Assembly: GCA_963514005.1 (NCBI GenBank)
Contig: OY740808.1
Location: forward strand, 18,786,001 to 18,841,834
Length of the DNA: 55,834 bases
Source of the DNA: Raja brachyura
Lineage: Eukaryota
Direction: 5' to 3'
Shown here: positions 37,633 through 50,460 of the stretch, one piece after another
Numbering within the stretch: position 1 is the stretch's first letter
How the letters are laid out: each line of letters opens with the position of its first letter
Made by a program: the position numbers and the translations under genes
The notes under the pieces: generated by a model
Database searches by the model: none
What the model was told of the DNA's origin: nothing
Seen by the model: only the letters and a program-made list of their open reading frames with translations

Positions 37633-40297
37633 CGAGAAGAGACTTTGTATCTTTTTTTGATAGCATAAGCAAGTAGTGCTGCCACTGGCTCACTAGTCTA
37701 TGCCATCATTTTTCCAACTAACCTGCATTGTCGTTAGCCTGTAGAAGGGATGGATCTTGCAATGTTGCTGGAGAATGAGATTAAGTGAAGTTGAAGAGTA
37801 TAATTTCAGACTGACCTTTGCCTCTTCTAAAGGACTTGTAAGATTTCACCGTACTGTGATGACTTTTCTCTGTGGTACCTCTTGGGATTATTAATTAGCC
37901 ATGTCTTACTACAGCATAAGGTCCAAGACAGTCTCTTGGTCCTCCTCAGATTAGGTTCCCTTCCAATCATAACCCAACCTGTTTGTAAAACGCGGCTAAC
38001 AGTATATTCATATGAAAAGCACTGGCCCACAGAGGTAACGTCTAGTTAAACAATGGTGTCTAACCCAACCATTCCCATAGTGCCGTTAACCCCGAGTTCC
38101 CACAAAGCAGAAGACTGCTCCGCAGCAGTCAACAAACTCAACCGCCGCGCTGCCAAACACTTGTCCGTTCGCATGGGTTGTCCATGGGTTGGGCGCTCTG
38201 AGGAGGATCTGTTTCACCACAGTGTGAATTGTGATCATATCTGACAAGGACAGGGAGTCAAATCAATATCAGTGAAATGAGAGCTAAAGGGACAAATAAA
38301 AAACTCTGGTCGGAGTAGTTTACAGGCTCCGTAACACAGGATTACAATGGAGAGTTGCGGGAATCGCACAGCATGGAAACATGCCATTTGGCCCATCATG
38401 CCCATGCTGACCAGCTGGAACTCTCCCTTATTAATCCGATCTCCCCCCCCCCCCCCCCCCCCCCGTGTCCTTCTACATCTTGGAGATTCCAGTGCATACT
38501 TCGGAAATACTGTCATTGGCCAGCTTCAACTAAATAAAGAAACTGATAAAACTTCAAAATAAATTAGTCAGAAGTAAGAAAAACCTGCAGCCGAAGCAAA
38601 ATCAGCGGGAAATTCAAACTTCCTATAGATTCAACAGATCAAACTAGCAGTATCGGTTGGGGGATGAATGTATCCGTTTTTTAAACGAGGTAATGCCACC
38701 ATTTGCAGAGCAGACCATTTTAGACCTTACGGTGTAGCGAAAATATGGATAATAATAATCCCAAAGGATTCTCCAGAGAAAAGTGATCACAATACGGTGG
38801 ATTCTTGCATGGCCGTTATAAGAGGCAGAGGTTGGTCTGAAATTAGGTTCTTCAACTTAAATTAAACAAATTATTCTATGTACGGAGGGTGCAGTGGTTA
38901 AAGTAAGGTTGAGCCTAGTCTTGCCAGCAGTTAAACGCATTTAAAGAAATGTTTTAACGTTTTTGATTAAGGTACTTTCTATTTAGGGGAAACAAAATCT
39001 CCACTTGAAATTTGATCCCTCCAAGGTTATCTAAGAAGGTTAAAGATACAATTACATTTAAAGAGCAGGCCTGTAATGTTGCCAGGACAAATAGTAAGGT
39101 TGAGAACAGCAAGATTTTTAATGGTGGAAAAACTCATTGGGGTGGGTGGGATAAATCACTGGACAAGATTAGTAAGAAATGTCAATGAAAATAATGTCAA
39201 GAGTTGTGAACAAACAGTGAGTGAGCGGCTATTGTAAGGACAACAACAGAATAAATACAGCATAGGAAGGAACTGCAGGCGCTGGTTTACACAGCGGGAC
39301 ATGCAGCATCTCTGGAGAGAAGGAACGGGTGACGTTTCGGGAAAGGTACACCGGGGAATGGAGGGGTGACTGAAACATTAAATGAATATTTTATATCTCT
39401 CCGCACGGCAGAAAATCGAGTGCATGGAGCAGAAATTCAGAGAACCATGAATGCACGGACAGTACATGAACTCTTCCTCTCTGGTACAGGCACCTGAATA
39501 GTCCTTCCATAAGCTAGGGTAATGTCCGATTCACCTCTACCCCATTGTGGTAACCATATAACCATATAACAATTACAGCACGGAAACAGGCCCTCTCGGC
39601 CCTTCCAGTCCGTGCCGACCATTTATTTTCCCCTAGTCCCATCTACCTGCACTCACACCATACCCCTCCATTCCCTTCCCGTCCATATACCTATCAATGG
39701 TAATTGGATTTTGTCCGTGGAACTGGTGTGTTACAGTGCTGAGAATTATATTCTGCACTCTGTATCTTCCCCTTTGCTCTACCGATTGTACTTGAGTTTG
39801 AACTGATTGTATCCATGTGTAGTTATGATCTGTTCTGTTTGGATAGTGTGCAAGGCAACGTTTTTCACTGTACCTGTGACAATAATACTAAAATAACTAA
39901 TGTTATTTAAGAGAAAGCTCTAGAAAGGTTAAGGGGACTAGCTGCAGAAGAATTGGCTTGACCTGCAATCTACATCTACACCCGTGGACGTTTTGGGTCT
40001 ATTGGACGTTTACGTTTTTGTTTAGTTTAGACATGCAGCATGAAAACAGGCCCTTTGGCCCACTGTGTCCATGCCAACCATCCATAACCCATGTTTTCTA
40101 AAGGAGGTTGGGTACTGAGTAGGTAATATTCTGAAACTCCCTGATGCTGTAACACACACCACATGGGTTGCAAGGTAGCAAATGTGAGTCTGCTAATTAA
40201 ATGGTTAAAGAAAGCAAATGGAGAGATAAAGACTATCTCCTCTGATATCTACAATAAAACACAGAAACCCTTAATCAGTACTGTAGTACTTACAAAG

Positions 40298-40552
40298 CAG
40301 GTAGCATAGTTACACAGCTGGTAGAGTTCTTCCTCACAGCACCACTGAAACCATGTCTCAATCCTGACCCTGGGTGCTGCTTGTGTGGAGTTTGCACGTT
40401 CCACCTATGACCATGTGGGTATCCTCTGAGTGCTCCGGTTTCCTCCCGCATCTCAAAAAACATGCGGGTGTGTAAGGAAATTGGCCCTCTGTAGATTTCC
40501 CCCAGTGTGTTGGGCGTTTCCATGCTGTATCTCTCAATCAACCATTCAATCA
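40298..40552 (+). mobile_element. Diverged HE1-type SINE
   Basis: V domain gtgtggagtttgcacgtt...gctccggtttcctccc. Confidence 0.75.
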
Positions 40553-40782
40553 AAGACAGAGAATTATTGGGCAGAATCAGCATATTTTATGAAGGGAAAG
40601 TTGCCAAATCTGATAGATTTTTTCGAGGCCACCACAAGGAGTGTGGGAGACCATTGGATGCAGTAGATCTGGTTATTCAAAAGTAATTTTAACTGTGATG
40701 ATAGAATGTACCACAACATAAAGCTTACATAACATAGTGGCATGATAAAAGAGTCAGGCCAAGAGTGTGTGTCAGGTTCCAT

Positions 40783-40870
40783 AATACCTTTGGTTCTGTG
40801 ATGTGCCTTGTTTCCACGATGTACCTTGGTTCTATGACGCCCTTGGTCCTATGCTGTACCTTGGTTCCAC
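40783..40870. repeat. Degenerate tandem repeat of about 19 bp, 4-5 copies
   Basis: Recurring ccttggttctatgatg-like unit. Confidence 0.7.
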
Positions 40871-41136
40871 CAGCCCTGTTACCCTCCGGCATCTTGCCAA
40901 AGTAACCAGTCTCCTCCGCATGTGAGCAGAAACAGTGAGATTTGGCTATTTACTAAACAATCCATCAGAGTTGGTCCCAGTCTTGCTTTGCCCCAATGTC
41001 CACGTGTGGGCTTTTACAGAAAAGCCCTGGCCTTCAGGAGTGTGGTCAACTGAACTTTCTTCTCCCCGTGCCAACCATGGAAAGGATTAACCAGTCGTGC
41101 TTGGTAGTGGTGTGAATACCAAGTTCTGATCTTCAT

Positions 41137-41500
41137 GTGTCGGAAGGAACTGCAGATGCTGGTCACAAAAATGCTGGAGTAACACAGCGGGTCAGGCGAC
41201 ATCTCTGGAGTGAAGGATTGGGTGACATTTTGGGTCGAGACATTAGATCGCTTCATTTTTATGTTTATAAGGGATAGGAGCAGTATTAGGCCATTCAGCC
41301 CATCTACTCCGCCATTCAATTATGGCTGATGTATTTTTTCCCTCAATCCCATTCACCTGCCTTCTCCCCGTAACCCTTTACACCCATACTAATCAAGAAC
41401 CTGTCAAAATACCCAATGACAGCCTCCACAGCAATGAATTCCACAGATTCACCATCCTCTGACTAAATAAATTCCTCACTGTTTCCTTTTTAAAGGCACA
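41137..41500 (-). mobile_element. Penelope-derived arm (41137-41240) and CR1 tail (41265-41500)
   Basis: Shared motifs. Confidence 0.72.
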
Positions 41501-42177
41501 CGCTGAGGATCAAGTCGTGCGCAGAATGTGGGCATGAACCCACTTTTGTTGCAATTCAGATACATTTACATTGGACCTTGAAAGTCCAATTGAGATGTGG
41601 GTGGGCAAGTTGCTGCTGGTGCCTGGCCTCGAGTGTCAAGGGGGCGTGTCAAGAGGGAGTTCCCAGGAAATTCCTTCCTTTTCTGCTCGTTAAACAGTCA
41701 CAGCAGAACTTCTAATTCCTGGTGTGAATCTCTTGGGAGCATAATGAAGGCCTGAAAATGTTGGATTAATTATCCCGTGAAAGAGGGACCCCCACTGGGT
41801 AGGGGAGGGGGAGGTGTCACAGGCAAAGACAAAGTACCCTTCACCATTTAAGGGTGGAACATCAAAACTGGGCACCCGTTAAGGTGTATCCATGAGCACA
41901 TATGGGATTGGTCCCTAGTTGTAGTTCTGGCCCAGGTTCTTAAGACTAACACCAGTGCCGTGGATCAGAATATTATCCCCAATTCCCCAATTAAATCAAA
42001 AGAGAAAACCAGACTAAAATATTGGTGTAAAAGACTGTCCAAAGCTTTCACACCCTCAGGATGTTCCAAGTCTCCGCTCAGCTTTACAAATAAGTCTTTT
42101 AAGATGTTTTCATTTAGCTGAACCTATGACTTAATCATGACTTTAGTGGTCTGGCCGGGTATGGTATTGGCTCGAAC

Positions 42178-42443
42178 TTTACTTTAGACTTTGGACTTTA
42201 GTGATACAGCATGGAAACAGATCCTTCGGCCAAATGAGTCTGCGCCGACCAGCGATCACACATCTTACACGTTAGGGATAGTTTAAATATTACCAAATCC
42301 AATTAACCTACAAACCTGTACGTCTTTGGGGTGTGAGAGTAAACCGGAGTTCTGGAGAAAACCCACGCAGGTCATGGGGAGAACGTACAAACTCTGTACA
42401 GACATGAGGGTCAATGCTCTACCGCTGTGCCACTGTGCCACCC
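42178..42443 (-). mobile_element. HE1-type SINE
   Basis: Reverse complement of tail, V domain and partial head. Confidence 0.85.
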
Positions 42444-42609
42444 TACACACCCTAAGAATTACATTGTCGCTCTTCACCCTAATAGGCAGCAAACCTGTGG
42501 CTGTTTCTTCACTGCTGTGAATAGTACTTGGAGCCTGAAAGAATGGTACGGAACCAGAACATCATGAGGATGTGGAGGCTTTGGAATGAGGAGGTTTAAC
42601 AGAATGATA

Positions 42610-44100
42610 AACATAAAATGCTGGAGAAACTCAGCGGGACAGGAAATCATTTCTGGAGAGAAGGAATGGGTGATGTTTCGGTTCAAGACCTTTCTTCAGA
42701 CTGCAGCCTGGATGAGGGGGCATTAGCTACAGGGAGAGATTGGACAGACTTTGATTGTTTTCTCTGGAAAGGCGAAGGTTGAAGGGGGACCTGATAGAAG
42801 TATATAAAATTATGAGAGGGTAGACAGTCAGAACATTTTTGCCAGAATGGAAAAATCAGACAGCAGAAGGCGGAAAAGTGGGAAAGGTTTAAAGTGGGAG
42901 CGGAAAGGTTTAAAGGAGATGTGCGGGACAAGTTCTTACACAGTGGGTGGTGGGTGCCTGGAACGCACTGCCAGGGGTGGTGGCAGAGGCAAATGCGGTA
43001 GTGGCATTTAAGAGGCTTTTGGATAGGCACAAGTATATGCGGGGAATGGAGGGATATGGATCATGTGCAGGCAGATAAACGATGGCCTTGGAATTATGTT
43101 CGGCACAGATATTGTGGGTCGAGCCGCCTGTTTCTGTGATGCCCCGTTCTGTGTAAACTGTCCTTTTTCGCTCCACAAAAGCTGCCTGGCCCGCTGAGTT
43201 CCTCCAGCACTTTGCATTTTGCTGAAGGAAACGAGGGGGACTAGGACCAAGGAGGAACATGATACATTATTCTGGAGATCAGGTCAACAATGGGGAGATG
43301 TAAAATGCAATGGAATATAGTATCCCGTCTGGGAGAGTACAGCATTATCTGCCTGACAGCGGGAGAATCATACCCCACCTTCAGCCAAACGGCCACTTAA
43401 ACTGCGTTCAGTTCTGGGCACCATGATAGAGGAAAGATGTCTTCTTCTTCTTGCGTACGGCGTGCACAGCCTAAAGTTGTGAGACAACTTGTTCTGTGAG
43501 ATCTTCTGTTTGTGTGCGCCGGTTTGATTGCATTCGTTGAAACAGGGTGGACCACGTGAAGGTTGCAATCTACCACCCCAAGGAAAGGGTGCAGAGATGA
43601 TTTACAAAGATGTTGCAAGGACTCGAGGGCCTGAGCTACAGACGGATTGAGCAGGCTAGGACTTCATTCCTTTAAGCCCAGGAGGATGAGGGGTGATCTT
43701 ACAGAATCATGAGAGGGATAGAGCGGGTAAACGCAGGGGGTCCCAGAGTAGGGGAATGGAGAACCAGAGGACATGTTTAAGGTGAGGGGGGAATCATTTA
43801 ATAGGACCCTGAGGGGTAACTATTTTACACATAGGGTGATGGGTGTATGGAGTGGGCTGCTGGAAGAGGTAGTTAAGGCAGGTGCTCTCCCAATGTTTAA
43901 GAAACTCTTAGACAAGTACATGGATAGGGTAGGATTAGAGGGATAAGGGCCAAATGCAGGCAGGTGGGACTCGTGTAAATGGGGCATGTTGGTCGGTGTG
44001 GGAAAGTTGGGCTAAAGGGCCTGTTTCCACACTGTGTGACACATAGGTTGTAGGAGCAGAATTAGGCCACTCGGCCCATCAATTCTACTGTGCCATTTAA
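42610..44100 (+). mobile_element. CR1 3' fragments (about 42720-43140 and 43394-44040) with Penelope-derived arms
   Basis: gggacctgatagaagtatataaaattatgagag and cagttctgggcaccatgatagaggaaagatgt are CR1 ORF2 motifs. Confidence 0.8.
43439..43579 (-). mobile_element. Short retroelement with (GAA)n tail, Vingi/Ingi-like 3' end, inserted in CR1
   Basis: Minus strand ends ...cacgccgtacgcaagaagaagaaga and interrupts CR1 coding sequence. Confidence 0.5.
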
Positions 44101-44299
44101 TCATCACTGATCTATTTTTGTCTTATATACGCAAGGCAATGGGCTTATACGTGAGCACGTACCTGGCAGCCCCAGTCTCTGGCAGACACCCTCACTGCAT
44201 GAAGATTTATCATTGCTGGGACATGGTAGGGGACCGGGGCTGCCGTTACTGCGATCATTGCTTGATGCCATGGGCTGTCCCCACTTTCTCCTGCCACCA

Positions 44300-44389
44300 T
44301 CCATCTAGTTGATCGACTTTAATAGGAAACCCATTTGCCTGATTGTGTTGTGTTCCTTCAATGACCAGGCAAATAAAAGCAAAAGAGGT

Positions 44390-44422
<33 letters not shown>

Positions 44423-44940
44423 GGAGAGGGTGGGGACAGTCAGTGAAAGAAAGAGAGAAAAACCATCATCAAATTCACATTCTCTTTCAATGGGAAAAAG
44501 GAATGAACTTCGACCTTGTAGTGAAATCCAATAGAAAGCATTTGTTCCCTGGTGTTGAGATGAATGAATGAGAGACCCCATGCTCCTCAATGGGCCTTTG
44601 ATAGCAAGCTCTCTTTTTTTATGTTGTGTTAGTGGGGCAGTAGCTTTGTCTCTTTCCTTTAGCAAGCCCAGGTTTGTGCTCTCGGAGAGACGCCGGTTTT
44701 AGCGTGCATTTTATTAGCGGGGCCAGGGCGTAATCTGACATCGATTGTCTCAACTAATTCTGCTTTGGATGTTTCTTCACTGGGCAGAGTTTTGGTGGTC
44801 CGAGCACACATTTGTAATGTTGCCCCCTCCTCCCCTCCCCCCCCCCCACCCCCGAGCCAATAGCTGGGACACGCTAATGCAGCCTATGTGACATGTTAAA
44901 GTTTGACGTCGTTAATGGTTTGTGTTTAATTCGTAACAGG
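44300..44940. promoter_or_regulatory. Candidate conserved non-coding enhancer
   Basis: Block free of mobile elements, with imperfect DR1 TGAACT-T-CGACCT at 44504-44516, CTTTGAT (TCF-like) at about 44597 and several TAAT cores. Confidence 0.42.
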
Positions 44941-45389
44941 ACGAGAGGGTAAACGTGTAAACAGCGTGTTTCAGCATGACTGCACCAGGATTTCTATGTC
45001 AGGACACGCGTGTGAGCGTCACACGTGTAAGTTTAGGTGCGTGCGAGTCTGTGTGTGGGTGTGGGGATGTGATTGAGCCGTGCGCAGAGGAGAGAGTCTT
45101 CCATTGTTGCTGCTGGCGGAGACAGCGGTGAATTTGCACTGAATGCGATTCACCGCTTTAGGTGTGGTGGGTGCGCCTGGATTGAGTGTCAGTGCCAATC
45201 ACATGACCTTGAGACAGCCGAGAGCCTCCATCAGGGCCTGGATGCCTCGTTGTCATAAGTCATAAGTCAAAAGTGATAGGAGTAGCAATTAGGTCCTTGG
45301 GCTCATCAAGTCTACTCCGCCATTCAATCATGGCTGATCTATCTCTCCCTCCTAACCCCACTCTCCTGACTTCCCTCCCCCCCGTAACC

Positions 45390-45450
45390 TCTGTCCTTCC
45401 TGTCCTGGGCCTCCTCCACTGTCAGAGAGAGGCCCAGCACAAATTGGCCA
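45390..45450 (+). mobile_element. Penelope-like GIY-YIG endonuclease C-terminal coding fragment
   Basis: VLGLLHCQREAQHKL matches the recalled PLE motif SVLGLLHCQSEAQRKLEEQHLIF. Confidence 0.6.
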
Positions 45451-45894
45451 GCCATTGATAATCACATTGGCCAAGTCAGAATATCGGTGTGTTTGCAAAA
45501 TATTCAATAAATTCCACTGACAATTGACAAGTTGAACTATTGATCACATTTGACTCCCAATCTTGGTTGCGGCCTGCTCTATTCATAAAACTGATTGCTT
45601 GCAACACGACACCTCTGGAATCATTTTGTTTTGCTCTCCCTCATTTGACTAGATCTCTCCGCATTACCCACTCAAGAGTCAAGGGTTAACAGAGTTTAAT
45701 TGTCATATGTACCGGCATAAACGATGACAGTTTTACTTGCAGCAGCTTTACAGGCCCATAAACGCAATAATGCACAAATAAATATTCAATAATCAGTTAC
45801 ACAATAAATTAATATGGAATGGAATACTTTATTGTCACATGTGACAAGGCACAGTGAAAATCTTTGCCTGCACACCAAGGCATACAAACAGTCA

Positions 45895-46232
45895 GTGTCC
45901 GAAGGAACTGCAGATGTTGCTTTAAACCGAAGATAGACACAAAAATCTGGAGTAAGTCAGCGGGACAGGCAGCGTCTCTGGAGCAAAGGAATGGGTGAGG
46001 TTTCGGGACAAGACCCTTCTTCAGACTGCGTGGGTTTTCTCCAGGAGTTCCGGTTTCCTCCCACACGCCAACGGCGTGTAGGATTGTCGGCTAATTGGCT
46101 GTGGTAAAATTGTAAATTGTCCCTAGTGTGTAGGGTACTGCTAGTGTACGGGGGCGATCGCTGGTCGGCGCAGACTCGGTGGGCTGAAGGGCATGTTTCT
46201 GCGCTGCCTCTCTGAACCCTAAACTAAGCTAA
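45895..46232. mobile_element. Penelope-derived arm (-, 45895-46027) fused to the 3' half of an HE1 SINE (+, 46027-46232)
   Basis: cccttcttcagactg runs directly into cgtgggttttctcc. Confidence 0.8.
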
Positions 46233-47140
46233 AAGACTGTGGGACAAAGCCACGGAAACCTTTCCAGGTTTCCCAGACAGTCCGCACCTTTCCTGCTCGT
46301 TCCCAAATGGTCCAAGGCGCGCAGGATCTTTCATGGAATGCTCATACCTTCTTTCTGAGGCAGAGCGCGTAACAAGAGTGGTTAACGCTGTGTGCTGCGG
46401 AGATGGGTAACCTTGAGTCTGAAGGATATTGATTGTGTTGCAATAAGGTTGTGGTTGCCGTCGATATTGCTCGGTATTGCCACGGGAGGGGCGCGAGGCT
46501 GGCTCCCCAGGCTACCCTCCCACTGTTTTCTGCCCTGTTTACACTCTTCGATTACTGCCTGGCACATCTACCCATGGCCACAGTCAGGATCAATAAAGCA
46601 GAGCGTGACGAATTATCGCTGTGAGTTCCAGTGCACTCTTGCCGCATGGTATCGAACTTTATTTAACATCCACAAGATTCACACGGAAGGCCTTCCTGGA
46701 GTCACTTTCTGCGGAGACCTTAAAACTGTTTCTGACAATGCTGCATTGTCAGTGCACAGATACTGGCTTGTTTTACTGCCTATAAACACAGGAAACCTTA
46801 AACAAGAGGCAGCTGCCTTCAAGAGGGAGCTACAGCTAAAATAATCTGTTTGTCGCCAGTGAATCTTCTGCATTGAATGCAACGAGCTTGATCAGTTACA
46901 GTTAAAGAAACCTTTCAGCTTCACTTAGCAGCCCACTCTGTCTGGGAGTGGGGAAGGTAGATGTCAGAGCACCATATAATATAGGTATCAAGGAACTCTT
47001 TACACAGCTAAATAATACCTAGGAGGCCGATTTAATATGTGCTAACTTGATATATTTTTCTCATCCAAGCACAAAAGGTTGACTAGAAAGTTGAACGCAT
47101 CAAGAATAGGGCAGTTAGCTTACTATAAGTTCCCCTTAAA

Positions 47141-47440
47141 GGCGACTCAGTGGCACAGCTGGTGGAGCTGCAGCCTCTCAGCGCCAGACATCTGGGTTCG
47201 ATCCTGACCTCGGGTGCTGTTTGTGTGGAGTTTGCACGTTCTCTCTGTGACCGTGTGGGTTTCCTCCCACATCCCAAAGGCGTGTGGGTTTGTCGGTTAA
47301 TTGGCCCTCTGTCAATGGCCCCTAATAGGGAGTGGATGGAGAGCGTGGAATAACGTAGAACTCGTGTGAATGGGTTGTTGTTGGTTGGCCTGGACCCGGT
47401 GGACCAAAGGGCTTGTTTCCACGCTGCACATTTCAATCAA
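47141..47440 (+). mobile_element. HE1-type SINE
   Basis: A/B boxes, V domain and tail. Confidence 0.85.
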
Positions 47441-47867
47441 TGAATAGACCAATGCCCCTTTTTTTTCTGATTTGCCATCTTCTTTTGTAAAACAGCGTAA
47501 CCAGTGGGAAGAGCAGTCCCAGGGACACTGACTGCTGTTGTGGAAAGCTCTCCTCTTGTGAAGCTTGGGGCAGTTGTTTCACACGGGACGGTCTGGGTTC
47601 TGCCGGGCGGCTGTGTCTAGACTTTAGGGATACAGCGTAAAACAAACCCTTCAACCCACCCAATGCACCAAGTCTGTGCCGCACAGCGTAAAGTTGTGAA
47701 TTGTAACCATTCCTTCTGGAAGTGAGATTGGACGAGATGCCACGGCACTGGCAGATTGCAATTTAACCACCTGGTGATTTGGTGGCGATATTCTTTGCCT
47801 GGAGGTTGGCAAAGAGACGACGATACATGCAGTTACAAATGCTTTGACTGCATGCATCTGCTGGAGC

Positions 47868-48157
47868 AGTATCTGCCCTACTCAAGTTCTTCTGAAGTAT
47901 CTGCAGTATCTGCCTTACTCAAGTTCTTCTGAAGTATCTGCAGTATCTGCCCTACTCACGTTCTTCTGAAGTGTCTGCAGTATCTGCCCTACTCACGTTC
48001 TTCTGAAGTATCTGCAGTATCTGCCCTACTCACGTTCTTCTGAAGTATCTGCAGTATCTGCCCTACTCAAGTTCTTCTGAAGTATCTGCAGTATCTGCCC
48101 TACTCACGTTCTTCTGATGTATCTGCAGTATCTGCCCTACTCATGTTCTTCTGAAGT
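47868..48157. repeat. 37-bp minisatellite, about 7.8 copies
   Basis: Unit agtatctgccctactca(a/c)gttcttctgaagtatctgc starts at 47868, 47905 ... 48127. Confidence 0.95.
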
Positions 48158-48780
48158 CCTTGCAGTGGTCGGCAACACAGTAAAGATGGGTCCCAACTGG
48201 AAAAGTCGTCTGTCCATTTCCTCCACGGACGCTGCCCGAACCGCTGAGTTCCTCCCGCACTTTGTTTTTTTGTGGTGGAGCTACACGATCAAATCAAAAA
48301 ACTTTTCACTGTACCTCGATACACGTGACACCTAAACTGGAACTGAACTGAAACAGGTCCCACTGGAACTCCGAGGATCAGTCACAGAACGGACGGGTGT
48401 GCCGGGAACACAGCGAAGGGTCCACATGTTGGAAGCACTCCACAAAGTGCCATGGGGTAGAAAATCCATAAGATATTAACTAGTTTAGAAGAAGTAAATC
48501 TGCATCCCATCATCTTTGGCAAATCGGTGCCTTGACATTGGTTCACACTGGTGAAAGATGGATTTACAGCAGAAGCACTGTCAAAGAGTTTATTTTAATA
48601 AATGACACTGAACACTTGGAATGAGTCCAGACAGAGACTGAAGGAACTCCCTCTCAGTCATTCAAAAACTCATTGGATGATGCAATAAGTGATCTGTCAA
48701 TATTTCTCTTTTGATGGATAGCTAACATGGGTCGAGTGAACCTTTTTGGCTGTATTTAACTTCTGATTCATGTATATGCA

Positions 48781-49035
48781 GCAAGGTGGCGCAGCGCCTG
48801 AGACCCGGGTGCGATCCTGACTACGGGGGCTGTCTGTAAGGAGTTTGTACGCTCTCCCTGTGACCTGCGCGGGTTTTCTCCGGGTGCTCCAGTTTCCTCC
48901 CACACTCCAAAGACATGCAGCTTTGGAAGGTAATCCCCTTTAGTAAAATTGTAAGTTGTCCCTAGTGTGTGTCGGATAGTGTTAGTGTGCGGGGATCGCT
49001 GGTCGACCTGTACCTGCACTGTATCTCGAATCTAA
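48781..49035 (+). mobile_element. HE1-type SINE, internally deleted
   Basis: Head, V domain and partial tail. Confidence 0.85.
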
Positions 49036-50197
49036 AGTAAATATTCTCTGCTGGGTTCGGAGGGCCACAGCTCGAGTAATGACAAAGTGGAACAGCAACG
49101 TCTTGTGCCTCAGTCACCCTCCCCCACCCCCCTCTCCACACTTCCTGCCTTCCAGCTAAATGGCTGATCAAGTTTGCCTTCCAAGCCATGATGGAGTGAT
49201 TGGCTTGCAAATTTGTTTCATTCTTTTATTTTTATTTTTGTAATTGTATTCTGCCTTTAGTCTTTCGGGACCTCCCTACTCTTCAGGAACCAGAGGGGCT
49301 TTGCAGAAATCAGAGAGAGCAGTTCCCAGTGCCCTTGGGGAATGCCATAGGTCAGCTCAGACAATGGGCACTTTGATAGAGGGTCTGTGCAAATGTAAAT
49401 CTGTAACGAGGAAGAATAGGCATTCTGCTGAGAGGAGTGCCTTGCATTAACAGGGAGTGGGGGTCTGAAAAAGGGTTTTAATCACATTTTCTTTTTGTGC
49501 TTGTTCAGAGGCAGCTTGGTTACCAGAGGCTGAAGCGTTGTTTAACCCTTGTTGGCTTCAGAGGGTGTTTAGATTTTTGAGAGCTCCACTCTACGATTCA
49601 GTCCTGGGCAGGCACCTTTTCGAGGCTTAGAGTTTCATCGACCTGCCCCGGTGCTGTTGCCCTGTTCGCAGCCCTTTCACGCACGTAAAACACTCTCTGC
49701 CGAGCTTTACAGAAGGGAGTGAGATGCTGCAACGATAATTTTAATAGAGAAAGGATTTTTCCATTTGCCTTGTCCAAGTGATTTCTTCCCACATCCTGCC
49801 TCTCAAGGGTGATGGTGACAGCACTGACTGAAGACTATAGGTTAGAAATGGCTTTTAGTGACATTAGCAAATGAATGCTTAACCAGTTTGTATGACATTT
49901 CCCTGTCTGCTAATTTAAAATAAATGAGTTACCACCTTTGTTAAGAGGGCAGACAGATGAATGTTGGATGAATGCATATTATTACCAGCGGTAATCTCTC
50001 TCCTTGTATCTGGTGATGTCTCGGCTTGACAGGAAGTGAAAGAACAACCACCTTCTGACAGATTAATTTAGACCTGGTCATTTAATTAAAATAGTTAGAA
50101 GGGATCAGAACACAGAAATAAATAGAGGGGAGGAAACAAGGGAAAAACGGAGAGGTGAAAGAGCGATGCAGTGAAGGAAGGTGCAAACAAACGGGCG

Positions 50198-50460
50198 TCA
50201 CGGTGGCGCAGCGGTCGAGTTGCTGCCTTACAGCGCCAGAGACCCGGGTTCGATCCTGACTACGGGTGCCGTCTGTACGGAGTTTGCACGTTCTCCCTCT
50301 GGTTGCGTGTGCTTTCTCCAGGTGCTTGGGCTCCGGTTTCCTCCCACATTCCAAAGACGTGCAGGTTTGTAGGTTAATTGACTTCAAATGTCCCTAGTGA
50401 GTAGGATAGAGCTTGTGTACAGAGTGATCGCTGACCAACATGGAGTCGGTGGGGCGAAGG
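50198..50460 (+). mobile_element. HE1-type SINE
   Basis: cggtggcgcagcgg...gggttcgatcctg...V domain. Confidence 0.88.

Noticed and set aside
25459-44421. Long poly-C/poly-G runs as functional elements
   Set aside because: Homopolymer lengths are unreliable in assemblies and nothing else supports a function.
47868-48157. CRISPR-like array (37-bp repeats)
   Set aside because: The units are contiguous with no unique spacers, there are no cas genes, and the context is eukaryotic.
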